NCBI GenBank assembly: GCA_045613925.1
Contig: JAZLBV010000011.1
Span: 4,069-68,068, forward strand
DNA: 64,000 nt
From: Candidatus Enterousia sp.
GTDB lineage: Bacteria; Pseudomonadota; Alphaproteobacteria; Rs-D84
Reading direction: 5' to 3'
Positions within the stretch are counted from its first letter, which is position 1. Each line of letters begins with the position of its first letter. This document shows, one piece after another, positions 41,401 through 49,953 of the stretch. The notes beneath the pieces are model-generated. The model was given only the letters and a program-made list of their open reading frames with translations, was not told the origin of the DNA and did no database searches. Position numbers and translations under genes: made by a program.

Positions 41401-41496
41401 AGATTTATGAAATGTGTCATCTTTGCGCCAAAATTCCATTACTTCATTTTCAAGTTTTGGAAAATCAGCCTTGGTTTCTGTTTTGCGATATGTCAT
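38461..41496 (-). CDS. ileS: Isoleucine--tRNA ligase, type 2-like
   Basis: YDGPPFGNGLPHWGH, WTTTPWTLPAN, WGISRNRFWG, EGQDQTRGWF, KFSKS; long C-terminus without the type-1 Zn-finger Cys motif. Confidence 0.95.
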   Translation of the reverse strand: MTYRKTETKADFPKLENEVMEFWRKDDTFHKSLNKTKQGHPFSFYDGPPFGNGLPHWGHLGVSAIKDMVSRFQTMCGNYVERELGWDCHGLPAENSVEKKQNRSAKDIVANDGISTFCDMCKSDVLTYTNEWLRYIERIGRWVDGGDDFGYRTMDTNYMESVIWGLKQLYDQGLLYKDFKVNPFDWKLGTVLSNSEASSEYQDIVDDTVTVWFELQNGDRAIAWTTTPWTLPANSALAVNPNMTYVRMKHDDGHVYVLAESRLKAYEKIFATSENLGTVKGSELVGMHYKPLFNYYEGTSDLLYQIIPGDYVSDSDGTGIVHIAPAYGEDDYFVAKAIDPKFPIILNVDDYGNFDNTVKDWAGENIFVANPKIIDYLRANGLLVKKDQHKHSYPFGPRSKEKLIYRATDAWYIDVPKVRERLVEITKTQTNWTSAGNRFLAWIENARPWGISRNRFWGVPLPIWEKDGEYKVFGSIKEMQDFFGVEIKDLHRPTLDNLTKDGWHRITDVLDCWVESGSMPFASLHYPFENKDKFEATFPADYIIEGQDQTRGWFYSLMVIAVALFDKPAFKVVSANGMICDEQKRKFSKSLHNYVDPSEQIETYGADAIRLFIQGSNFMKAESVGIDKEGRVFNDTIKTILTPLWNAYHFFTLYANAANITVSRAPQLDNLLDKYIVSELNDLINTTTNALNEYKPDIAVKEFVRFLDVLNNWYIRRNRDRFWDEDESAFETLHYVLTTFCKVLAPFAPFISEYIFKNLTGKESVHLEDWPTAGDIDTKTVNDMRRVQMIVSTGKQLREQYKLRNRLPLQDATIADVDMREYSDIIRDELNVKEIKFVENINEVADSFVYLITPKIGARLGGALKDIVPMVKRGDYKIENDKLIVGEYTLNGDEFENRLTIKEGITGATLPDNTAVVVLNIEINSELFAEGLANEVKRFIQDSRKAANLDVSDRIKLTYTADSALRDAIELHKKYLMHEALIVEMNFGNANQYSDKIEEYDISINIEKVNA

Positions 41497-41522
41497 TGTT
41501 TTCTACCTTTTTTGTTGCATTT

Positions 41523-41569
41523 AAAAAGGGCGCTTACGCGCCCCAGCCACCGCTAAAGCGCAGCGCCTT
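41523..41569 (-). promoter_or_regulatory. ileS attenuator terminator/antiterminator
   Basis: Terminator GGGCGC-GUAA-GCGCCC-UUUUU (41543-41523); alternative UGCGCUUU(41562-41555):GGGGCGCG(41544-41537) pairing. Confidence 0.8.
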
Positions 41570-41602
41570 TTATTTAATAATAATTATTGCTTTTTGTTTC
41601 AT
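41570..41602 (-). CDS. ileS leader peptide MKQKAIIIIK
   Basis: ATG AAA CAA AAA GCA ATA ATT ATT ATT AAA TAA; four tandem Ile codons upstream of ileS. Confidence 0.85.
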   Translation of the reverse strand: MKQKAIIIIK

Positions 41603-41609
41603 AATGATA

Positions 41610-41638
41610 TTTATACAATGATTTTATTAAAAAATCAA
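41610..41638 (-). promoter_or_regulatory. ileS promoter
   Basis: TTGATT-17 bp-TATAAA, 7 nt before the leader ATG. Confidence 0.65.
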
Positions 41639-41654
41639 GTTGTGATTATAATTT

Positions 41655-44003
41655 TTATGCGCGCAATTTCGCACCACATTTTGTTTCAACATTTGCAATA
41701 ATCGTATTTTGGATTTTCAATAAATCTTCATCCGTCATATTTTGTTCTGGATAAATAGTTATTGTAAATGCCACTGATTTTTTACCGTCGCCCATATCAA
41801 ACGAATCAAATATAACCGCATTTGATATACGCGAATCACAAGATAATGCCGTTGATATTATCTTTTGTGATTCATAATCTTTGTCAACTACAAACGCAAA
41901 ATCACGTGTAATCGGCATAAAATCCGTCATTGGGATTTTTTTATACTTTAATTTCTTTGGCAATAATTCAATGTCTTCAACAATTGCAACCATCACAGGT
42001 GTTTTTATATGCAATTTTTTCGCTATTGACGGATGTAATTCACCAAATTGTGCCAAAACACGTGGCCCCTGGGTAATCGCTCCGTATTTATACGGGTGCG
42101 CCCAAAGAGGCGGATTTTTTGTATCTATGTTGAATTTTTGTGAACCAAGCAAAGATAAAACATCCGCTTTAACATCAAAAACATCAACATTACGATTGCG
42201 TTTCTGCCAATGTTTTGGCGATGTAGCACCGGTTCTGACTATGCAAATAGAGTTATGTTGTTCACCCGGTTTATCACCATCAAACACTGTTCCTAATTCA
42301 AACATATTCATATCTGGAAATCCGCGTTTTTCATTTTTTGCAACCGCAATCAATAAATTTTCCAACAAATTATTTCGTGCAGTATCTAAATCAACAATGA
42401 TTGGATTGGCAATTTTGATTATTGATTTTGTCGTTAACATCTCTTCGATTTTTGAATTGCCAAAACCAAAAGTGATTGCTTCGTTTAATCCACGATTTGC
42501 TAATTTTTCTTTTAATGATAAATTCATATCATTATGCACAATATTCGTTTTGTTTTCTGGTAATGAATCAAAACCTATTTTTTCATAACCATAGATACGA
42601 ATTAAATCAGAAACTATGTTTTCAGGAATCACTACATCCACACGCTGTGGATTTGGTATTATAACCCAATTACCATTTTTGTCGTCTGTGATTTTATATT
42701 GTAATTTTTCAAGTATTTCACGTTGTGTTTTTTCATCTAAATCAATACCTGTTTTTTGTTTGAAATAAGATGGTTTATACACGACGGATTCTGGTGTATA
42801 GGATGCACGACCTGCAACTGATACATTTACAATTTTACCGCCACACGCATCCATTATTATTTTGGCAGCATAGGCCAAGGCGCGTGCGGTTCCATCTGGA
42901 TTAATACCACGTTCATATCTGTACGAAGAATCAGTTGATATACCGTGTCTTTTTGATGATTTACGTACGAACACAGGGTCAAAATACGCTGATTCCAAGA
43001 TAATATTTTTTGTGTTATCGTTTGTCATACCACGCGCACCACCAATTACACCGGCCAAAGCCAAAACACCAGCATCATCTGCGATAACCAAATCTTTGTC
43101 GCAAAGTTCGTGTTCATTTCCGAACAGGTCTGTGAATTTTTCTTTATCTTTGGCCATACGAACAGTTATGTCGCCCTTGATTTCATCAGCATCAAAACAA
43201 TGCATAGGTTGTGCCAAATCATAGCAAATGTAATTAGTAGCATCCACCGGTGCATTTTTTGGATTAATGTCTGCAGAACGTAATCTGTTTTGAATTTTTT
43301 TATCTGACGGTGCGTTTTTAATTCCGTGTATTTCGCAGAAACGATATGTTTTGCACGCATCAGGCGCCAATAAATTCACTTTGCGATAATTTTCTTTTGA
43401 ATCAGATCTTTTTTCTTCTCTATCTGCTATAGTTTCATCAATATTGTTTGCAATATATTTTCCGGCACCCGCAGCGGCCAAATCCAAAGCAATTCCACGC
43501 ACAGATAAATAATCTGGACGATTTGGGGTAATAGATGTTTCCAATACCGCAGACGCAGAATCCTGCATAGCAGATATAGGTTGACCGATAGCTTCTTCTT
43601 TTTCGTTTAATTCGATAATACCGTCATCATCGGTTCCTATGCCCATTTCAGCAGCGCTGCACATCATACCATTTGATTCAACACCACGTAATTTTCCAGG
43701 TTGAATTACAAAATCGCCGATTTTACAGCCCGGCAATGCCAGCGCAGAAACCAATCCAACACGTGCATTTGGCGCACCACATACAACCTGGCGTAATTTA
43801 CCAGAACCATCATCCACTTTTAACACATGTAAATGATCACTGTCTGGATGCTGGGCACATTCGACAATTTTTGCGGCAATTGGCAATATAGGCAATGATA
43901 AATCTTCAACCTCTAACCCAATCGCGTTTAATTTATCAGCAATTTGTTCTGGGGTTAAATCTGTATCAAGATATTCTTTTAACCATTCATAAGACCATTT
44001 CAT
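41655..44003 (-). CDS. pheT: Phenylalanine--tRNA ligase beta subunit
   Basis: MKWSYEWL, HPDSDHL, VVCGAPN, RGVES.GM.CS, ITPNRPD, RYERG, C-terminal FDX-ACB (RDFAFVV). Confidence 0.95.
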   Translation of the reverse strand: MKWSYEWLKEYLDTDLTPEQIADKLNAIGLEVEDLSLPILPIAAKIVECAQHPDSDHLHVLKVDDGSGKLRQVVCGAPNARVGLVSALALPGCKIGDFVIQPGKLRGVESNGMMCSAAEMGIGTDDDGIIELNEKEEAIGQPISAMQDSASAVLETSITPNRPDYLSVRGIALDLAAAGAGKYIANNIDETIADREEKRSDSKENYRKVNLLAPDACKTYRFCEIHGIKNAPSDKKIQNRLRSADINPKNAPVDATNYICYDLAQPMHCFDADEIKGDITVRMAKDKEKFTDLFGNEHELCDKDLVIADDAGVLALAGVIGGARGMTNDNTKNIILESAYFDPVFVRKSSKRHGISTDSSYRYERGINPDGTARALAYAAKIIMDACGGKIVNVSVAGRASYTPESVVYKPSYFKQKTGIDLDEKTQREILEKLQYKITDDKNGNWVIIPNPQRVDVVIPENIVSDLIRIYGYEKIGFDSLPENKTNIVHNDMNLSLKEKLANRGLNEAITFGFGNSKIEEMLTTKSIIKIANPIIVDLDTARNNLLENLLIAVAKNEKRGFPDMNMFELGTVFDGDKPGEQHNSICIVRTGATSPKHWQKRNRNVDVFDVKADVLSLLGSQKFNIDTKNPPLWAHPYKYGAITQGPRVLAQFGELHPSIAKKLHIKTPVMVAIVEDIELLPKKLKYKKIPMTDFMPITRDFAFVVDKDYESQKIISTALSCDSRISNAVIFDSFDMGDGKKSVAFTITIYPEQNMTDEDLLKIQNTIIANVETKCGAKLRA

Positions 44004-44020
44004 TGTTTTTACCCCTTTAA

Positions 44021-44965
44021 TTAAAAACCACTATTTTTTAACCAACGAATATCGCCGTCATATATTGGGCGTATATCATTCAAACCATATTTTAACATTG
44101 CCATTCTGTCCCAACCAAAACCAAATGCAAAACCCTGATATTCATCTGGATTTATATTACAGTTTTTTAGAACATTTGGGTGAACCATTCCGGCACCACA
44201 TATTTCAAGCCATTTTCCGTTATCCCATTTCATATCAAATTCAACCGATGGTTCTGTGAATGGAAAGTACGACGGACGTATACGTAATTCTATGTCGCGT
44301 TCAAAAAACTTTGACAGCAGCGCACGCAATGTCCCGATTAAATCAGACATTGTTATGTTTTTATCAACATATAATGCCTCCATCTGACCAAACATAGGTG
44401 CGTGCGTCGCATCCCATTCTTTGCGGTATGTAGCCCCAATTGCAAATATCTTAATCGGAGCACCCATTTTTTCCATAGCACGAATTTGTATTGCAGATGT
44501 CTGTGTCCGCATAACATTGCCATTTTCAAGAAAGAAAGTATCTTGCATATCGCGTGCAGGGTGATAATCCGGTGTATTCAAAGCAGTAAAATTATGCCAA
44601 TCATCTTCGATTTCGGGGCCAGTCCAAAGTGTAAAACCAAAAGACTCCATTACGGCAGATAATTCCTTTAACGCTTGTGTCATTGGGTGCAAGGTTCCGC
44701 GATTTTCGGGTTCTGTATCCAATGTCACATCAACATATTCCGTTGCCAATTTTGCGTTTAACGCCGCGTTTTCAAGTTCAGTTTGTTTATCTTTGAATAA
44801 TTGACGTAATTCAGAATTTTCAGCATTTACAACCGCACGTTCTTCATTGGAAAGCGCAGCCATATTTTTCAATTTGGCCGTCATCGTGCCATTCTTACCA
44901 AATGTTTCGGTATATAAAACCTGTAATTCTTCAAGCGATGACACGTTTTTTATTTTATCTTTCAT
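44021..44965 (-). CDS. pheS: Phenylalanine--tRNA ligase alpha subunit
   Basis: HPARDMQDTF, RTQTS..QIR, RPSYFPFTEPS, GAGMVHP, GFAFGFG.DR. Confidence 0.96.
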   Translation of the reverse strand: MKDKIKNVSSLEELQVLYTETFGKNGTMTAKLKNMAALSNEERAVVNAENSELRQLFKDKQTELENAALNAKLATEYVDVTLDTEPENRGTLHPMTQALKELSAVMESFGFTLWTGPEIEDDWHNFTALNTPDYHPARDMQDTFFLENGNVMRTQTSAIQIRAMEKMGAPIKIFAIGATYRKEWDATHAPMFGQMEALYVDKNITMSDLIGTLRALLSKFFERDIELRIRPSYFPFTEPSVEFDMKWDNGKWLEICGAGMVHPNVLKNCNINPDEYQGFAFGFGWDRMAMLKYGLNDIRPIYDGDIRWLKNSGF

Positions 44966-44994
44966 TTTTACCCCGTTTTTCACGTTTATACACT

Positions 44995-45058
44995 AAAAAA
45001 TAAGACCGTAATACTTTACGGTCTTATATTCTGACAAAACAAAACATTGCCGTAAAGC
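44995..45058 (-). promoter_or_regulatory. Terminator between rplT and pheS with overlapping mini-ORF MFCFVRI (PheM-like candidate)
   Basis: 12-bp stem ATAAGACCGTAA/TTACGGTCTTAT plus U-tract; ORF 45047-45024 has 2 Phe codons; alternative 9-bp pairing GCTTTACGG/CCGTAAAGT. Confidence 0.55.
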
Positions 45059-45059
45059 A

Positions 45060-45428
45060 TTATTTAGCGGTTTCGGCAATAAATCGTTTTGCTGTTTCAA
45101 TCAAACTATTAAAGTTTTTATCAGCATCGTACGCCATTTGGGCCAAAACTTTGCGGTCCAAAGTAATACCTGCTTTTTTCAAACCGTTCATAAATTGACT
45201 ATATGTCAAACCATTTGGACGAACCGCAGCATTGATACGAACAATCCAAAGAGAGCGAAAATCACGTTTCTTTTGACGACGATCGCGATATGCATACTGT
45301 CCAGCCTTTTCGGTTTTTTCACGTGCAGCACGATACGTTGAATGATGACGACCAAGATAACCCTTAGCCCGTTCAAGTATCTTGTTATGTTTTTGTTTAA
45401 CGGTTGTTCCACGTTTTACCCTTGCCAT
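45060..45428 (-). CDS. rplT: 50S ribosomal protein L20
   Basis: [37 protein letters not shown]. Confidence 0.97.
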   Translation of the reverse strand: MARVKRGTTVKQKHNKILERAKGYLGRHHSTYRAAREKTEKAGQYAYRDRRQKKRDFRSLWIVRINAAVRPNGLTYSQFMNGLKKAGITLDRKVLAQMAYDADKNFNSLIETAKRFIAETAK

Positions 45429-45441
45429 AATATGCCCCCTT

Positions 45442-45645
45442 TTATTTCAATCCGTATGGAGCCAAGATTTTCGCCTGACCCATCATATTTTCGTTTAAAT
45501 ACTGTGGCTTTGTCCCAGCGTTATTTGCACGCTTTGATTTATGCGACAGACATTTATGGTGAGCATTTCTAGCAACGCGAACCTTTCCGGTTGCAGTCAT
45601 AGAAGCACGTTTTTTTAAATAAGATTTTGTTTTTAATTTTGGCAT
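45442..45645 (-). CDS. rpmI: 50S ribosomal protein L35
   Basis: MPKLKTK...KR..T.TGKV; upstream of rplT. Confidence 0.9.
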   Translation of the reverse strand: MPKLKTKSYLKKRASMTATGKVRVARNAHHKCLSHKSKRANNAGTKPQYLNENMMGQAKILAPYGLK

Positions 45646-45736
45646 TTTTAATCCTTTTTTTTATAATCCTCGTGGCAATGCCTGCCATTTCGGTTGCTGT
45701 TATTCTGACACATAAAAAAGAAAAATCAAGTTTTTA

Positions 45737-45765
45737 TTGAATATTAAAATTTTTGCGGTTAAAGT
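45737..45765 (+). promoter_or_regulatory. mreC operon promoter
   Basis: TTGAAT-17 bp-TAAAGT, 7 nt before ATG 45773. Confidence 0.6.
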
Positions 45766-45772
45766 ACTTTTC

Positions 45773-46594
45773 ATGACCAAGGACAAATTATCTTATAAAT
45801 TAACAAAAATTATAAAATCTGTATTAGCGGCACTGGCGGTGCCTGTTTTTGTTATTTATATCATTGTCGCAAAGCCTGATTATACCATTATGAACGGGTT
45901 GGCGTATGTTGTATTACCCGTGGCAAATTGGGTTGGTGATATTATAACCTGGCCGGTGCGCGTTGTTGGTCAGGGTGTAGATTGGGTACGCGAAACAGCA
46001 AAAATACGGTCTGAAAACGAAGAATTAAGGAAGAAATTGGATACAGCATTGGCAAATAAATATGCCTGTGATATCGCGATGGCGGAAAATCAAAAGCTTG
46101 AAAATGAAATAGGCGTAAAAAATGCATCGCCATACAAAACAGTTGTTGCAGATGTGCAATTTAATGATTCTGTATTTCATCATAATACATTTTTAATAAA
46201 TCGTGGAAAAAAAGATGGTTTGGCTCGCGGGATGGTGGTTGTTTCTTTTGATAATCGATTAATTGGAATGATTGTTGATTGTGGCTCTGAATTTTGCCGT
46301 GTACGTGGTCTGTGTGATGCAGATTCTAATATTGCTGTGCGTGTTGCAGGCAGTGATATTTCCGGGTTTTTACAGGGAAATGGAAAAACGCGTGCTTCTA
46401 TTGGCTTTTTCAGCGATCCACAATTTGTGGCAAGGCCCGGATTAAAGATTATAACAAGTAATATAAGTGGGATTTTGCCATCTGGTGTGTATATAGGCGA
46501 TATGATTAATGAAACCTATGTTGATGTTTTACCGGCAAATAAGTATTCACGGGTTTTGGTTTTGAAATATAACGGTTCGGGTTCGTATAATTGA
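45773..46594 (+). CDS. mreC: Rod shape-determining protein MreC
   Basis: N-terminal TM, coiled coil (ENEELR..L), INRGKKDG...GM.V, L.G; upstream of mreD/mrdA. Confidence 0.85.
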   Translation: MTKDKLSYKLTKIIKSVLAALAVPVFVIYIIVAKPDYTIMNGLAYVVLPVANWVGDIITWPVRVVGQGVDWVRETAKIRSENEELRKKLDTALANKYACDIAMAENQKLENEIGVKNASPYKTVVADVQFNDSVFHHNTFLINRGKKDGLARGMVVVSFDNRLIGMIVDCGSEFCRVRGLCDADSNIAVRVAGSDISGFLQGNGKTRASIGFFSDPQFVARPGLKIITSNISGILPSGVYIGDMINETYVDVLPANKYSRVLVLKYNGSGSYN

Positions 46595-47043
46595 TGAATA
46601 ATTTTATTGTTCTTTTTCGACATATTGCGCCATTTTTAATAACTTTATTTTTATGGCGTTTAAATGTTCAGTTTTGGAATCCTGGGGGGATATTGGCATT
46701 GATACCCGTGTTTTATTATACATTTGTTCGACCAATTAATTGGTTTGCTGGGTTTGGTTTATTGGTTTGTTTTTTGATAGATTACAGATGTAATTTGTCT
46801 TTGTTTTGGACATCTATGTTTTGTTTGTTTTATGCTATAAATGGGTTTCAAAATTATGTAGAAATAGAACATGTTGATAAAAATGCGCTTTATATTTTTA
46901 TGCTTTTTATTGGTTCTGGTATTTTTTTATTGATATTTTCAGCATTAACCTGGATGAATTTTATAAATAATATTTGGATGTTTATTTGGTTGTCGGTTTT
47001 GTATATTCCTATAACATCTTTGGACAGATGGATAAAACGATGA
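46591..47043 (+). CDS. mreD: MreD-like integral membrane protein
   Basis: 150 aa, ~5 TM helices, between mreC and mrdA; assigned mainly by synteny. Confidence 0.6.
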   Translation: MMNNFIVLFRHIAPFLITLFLWRLNVQFWNPGGILALIPVFYYTFVRPINWFAGFGLLVCFLIDYRCNLSLFWTSMFCLFYAINGFQNYVEIEHVDKNALYIFMLFIGSGIFLLIFSALTWMNFINNIWMFIWLSVLYIPITSLDRWIKR

Positions 47044-48806
47044 TAGATACCGAAGTGGCACGCACTTTTGATCGACGCAGCGCACTGTTTTTAACAGGCG
47101 GTGTGGTATTGACATCTGTTCTGGTGCTGCGTATGTTGCAAATGCAGATTTTTAATTACAAAGAATATTCACGCAAAAGCGAAAACAATTCGTTCAGAAT
47201 TCAGGCTATTATGCCACAGCGCGGAAATATTTTATCAGAATCAGGAACAATCATCTCACGTGATGCGCCTATTTATAGAATCTATATTATTCCCGAAGAA
47301 TCTGACGACATAGAATCGCTGGTTGACACAGTTGCAAAGGATTTAAACCTTAGAAAAAAAACTGTCGACAGAATATGGCGCGATATAAAAAAACAAAAAG
47401 CTTTTCAACCTGTTTTGATAAGTGAAAATTCCAATTGGAATACACTTGCAAAATTAGCAGCTAAAAATATTTCTGGAATTCATATAAACGAAGGTTTTTC
47501 ACGTGTATACGAAATGGGACCTGCTGGGGCCCAGGTGTTTGGGTATGTAGGTGCACCGAAAAAACCTGTTCCTAATGCGCCATTTTTCACAACTGGTATA
47601 AATGGTTTAGAAAAAAAATTTAATGATGATATTGCAGGCGAAATGGGGCAAACAGTATTAATAACCAATGCAATCGGTCGTATAACAGGTGAAGATAAAA
47701 CTCAATATATTTCACCTGTAAATGGTCCAGATATTAAAACAACTATTCGGGAAGACATTCAAAAAACATTGTATGATGCCCTGGCAATGAATCGTGCAGG
47801 GTGTGGTGTTGTTTTAGATATTGAAAATGGCGCAATACTTGCGATGGCATCTACACCTAGTTTTGATCCAAATAATTTCAAAACAGATGACGGCGAAGAA
47901 TATATATCATCGCTTTTAACAGATGTCGCTAAACCTTTTATGAACAAAACAATAGAAGGATTATATCCGCCCGGATCTACATTTAAAATTGTTGTTGCGC
48001 TGGCCGCTTTGGAAAGTGGTGCAATAACTGTAAATGAAAAGATTTTCTGTCCTGGGTATTGGGAATATGGTAATCATAAATATCATTGTTGGGAAAAACA
48101 CGGGCATGGGTATGTTGATTTATACGGTGCGTTAAAACATTCTTGCGACGTATATTTTTATCAGGTTGCTTTGCGCATAGGTATTGATGCAATAAAACAA
48201 ATGGCGTTAAAATTGGGTTTAAATCAAAAATATATGGATGATATATTGGCGCACGAAATGCCTGGGGTTATACCTGATAGGCGTTGGAAGGAAAAAAATA
48301 TTGGTGCTCCGTGGGTTCATGGGGATACTGTTATTTCTGGGATTGGTCAGGGATTTATTTTAACAAATTGTTTACAATTGGCAGTTATGATAGCACGCGT
48401 GGCGTCTAATAAAGAAGTTGTTCCACATCTTATTTATTCTGAAGAAAAACCAAAATTTAAGAATTTAGGTATTTTGGATAAAAACATTAAACACGTTTTA
48501 AATGGTTTGGAACAGGTTACACAAAAGGGTGGCACCGCATCAGGCAGTGCGATAAACGTAAACGGCAAAAAAATGGGTGGCAAAACAGGAACATCTCAGG
48601 TAAGAAATATTTCTAAATCTGAACGCGCCAGTGGCGTGTTAACAAACGAACAATTAAAATGGAATTTGCGTAATCACGGGTTATTTGTTGGTTATGCTCC
48701 GACGAACGCCCCAAAATACGCCGTATGCGTAATTATGGAACACGCAGGTGGCAGCGGACCTGCTGCGCGCGCAACCGCCAGTATAATGAAGGAATTATTA
48801 AAATAA
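47040..48806 (+). CDS. mrdA: Penicillin-binding protein 2
   Basis: P.RG.I, YPPGSTFK (SxxK), SCD (SxN variant), GKTGTSQ, HGLFVGYAP. Confidence 0.92.
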   Translation: MIDTEVARTFDRRSALFLTGGVVLTSVLVLRMLQMQIFNYKEYSRKSENNSFRIQAIMPQRGNILSESGTIISRDAPIYRIYIIPEESDDIESLVDTVAKDLNLRKKTVDRIWRDIKKQKAFQPVLISENSNWNTLAKLAAKNISGIHINEGFSRVYEMGPAGAQVFGYVGAPKKPVPNAPFFTTGINGLEKKFNDDIAGEMGQTVLITNAIGRITGEDKTQYISPVNGPDIKTTIREDIQKTLYDALAMNRAGCGVVLDIENGAILAMASTPSFDPNNFKTDDGEEYISSLLTDVAKPFMNKTIEGLYPPGSTFKIVVALAALESGAITVNEKIFCPGYWEYGNHKYHCWEKHGHGYVDLYGALKHSCDVYFYQVALRIGIDAIKQMALKLGLNQKYMDDILAHEMPGVIPDRRWKEKNIGAPWVHGDTVISGIGQGFILTNCLQLAVMIARVASNKEVVPHLIYSEEKPKFKNLGILDKNIKHVLNGLEQVTQKGGTASGSAINVNGKKMGGKTGTSQVRNISKSERASGVLTNEQLKWNLRNHGLFVGYAPTNAPKYAVCVIMEHAGGSGPAARATASIMKELLK

Positions 48807-48807
48807 A

Positions 48808-49950
48808 ATGACAACAACACGTGTTTCAAATGCAAATATGATGACGTTTAGTGAAAAACTATCACGTTTTTCGTGGGTGTTATTTATTCCTATGTGTATA
48901 GTGTTGGCTTTGTCTTTGGTTGTGCTTTATTCTGCAGGTGGTGGTTCTTGGACCCCGTTTGCGATGTCGCAACTATTAAAAATTGTTTTTGGCATGGTAA
49001 TCTTTTTTGCTGTGGCATTTTCTAATATAAAAACGTGGATAAAATCTGCATACTTTATATATGCAATCGCTTTGATTTTAATTGTTTTGGTTACGTTTAT
49101 TGGTGATGTTGGTATGGGTGCACAAAGGTGGCTATCTGTGGGGGGAATAAACATACAACCATCTGAATTTATCAAAATAGCACTGGTTTTGGCTTTGGCG
49201 CGGTATTTTGCGTGGCAAAACAGCGTTGAATTGACACAATTCAAAAATTATCTGGTTCCTATTGCGTTGTTGTTGGTACCTTTTGTTTTGATTTGTGCAC
49301 AACCTGATTTAGGAACAGGTATTTCATTAGCGTTAATTACAGTTGGGATGTTTTATATTGTTGGTGCAAATAAAAAATGGTTTTTAATAGCAGGCATATT
49401 GGCCTTGATGGCGGCACCTGCAGTTTGGTATGGTGCAATGCATGATTATCAACGTGGCCGAATTATAACATTTTTAAATCCTGAAATGGATTCACGTGGG
49501 GCAGGATATCAGATAAACCAGGCAAAAATTGCATTTGGTTCGGGCGGAATAATTGGCAAAGGCTATCTATCTGGTACCCAGGCGCAACAATCATTTCTGC
49601 CAGAAAAGCAGACAGATTTCATATTTACTATGTTGGGTGAAGAATTTGGGTTCATTGGTGCGTTTTTATTATTGGTAATATACAGTTTTATTGTGGTTGT
49701 TCTTTTTTGGTCGGCAAAAACATGCAGAAATAGATTTGGACAATTAATCTGTTTCGGTTTTATGTTGAACTTTTTTATTTATTACTCTATAAATATTTCT
49801 ATGGTATTGGGATTGATGCCAACAGTTGGTGTTCCGTTGCCATTAATGTCTTTTGGTGGAAGCAGTTTGATATCTTTGCTGTTTGGATTCGGTTTATGTC
49901 AAAATGCACATATCCACAAAGATCAACAATTATCGTCCAAAGGGTTTTAA
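48808..49950 (+). CDS. rodA: Rod shape-determining protein RodA (SEDS)
   Basis: GAQRW, QPSEF.K, QPDLGT, GYQ..Q..IAFGSGG..GKG, LPE.QTDFIF, GVPLP..SFGGSS. Confidence 0.94.
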   Translation: MTTTRVSNANMMTFSEKLSRFSWVLFIPMCIVLALSLVVLYSAGGGSWTPFAMSQLLKIVFGMVIFFAVAFSNIKTWIKSAYFIYAIALILIVLVTFIGDVGMGAQRWLSVGGINIQPSEFIKIALVLALARYFAWQNSVELTQFKNYLVPIALLLVPFVLICAQPDLGTGISLALITVGMFYIVGANKKWFLIAGILALMAAPAVWYGAMHDYQRGRIITFLNPEMDSRGAGYQINQAKIAFGSGGIIGKGYLSGTQAQQSFLPEKQTDFIFTMLGEEFGFIGAFLLLVIYSFIVVVLFWSAKTCRNRFGQLICFGFMLNFFIYYSINISMVLGLMPTVGVPLPLMSFGGSSLISLLFGFGLCQNAHIHKDQQLSSKGF

Positions 49951-49953
49951 AAA

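Noticed and set aside
41523-41570. REP-like palindrome upstream of ileS
   Set aside because: Better explained as attenuator terminator/antiterminator once the Ile4 leader was found
41881-42588. 235-aa plus-strand ORF
   Set aside because: Antisense shadow of pheT
45660-45700. L20 autoregulatory leader upstream of rpmI
   Set aside because: Only a 5-bp hairpin (TGGCA/TGCCA) is visible; insufficient support
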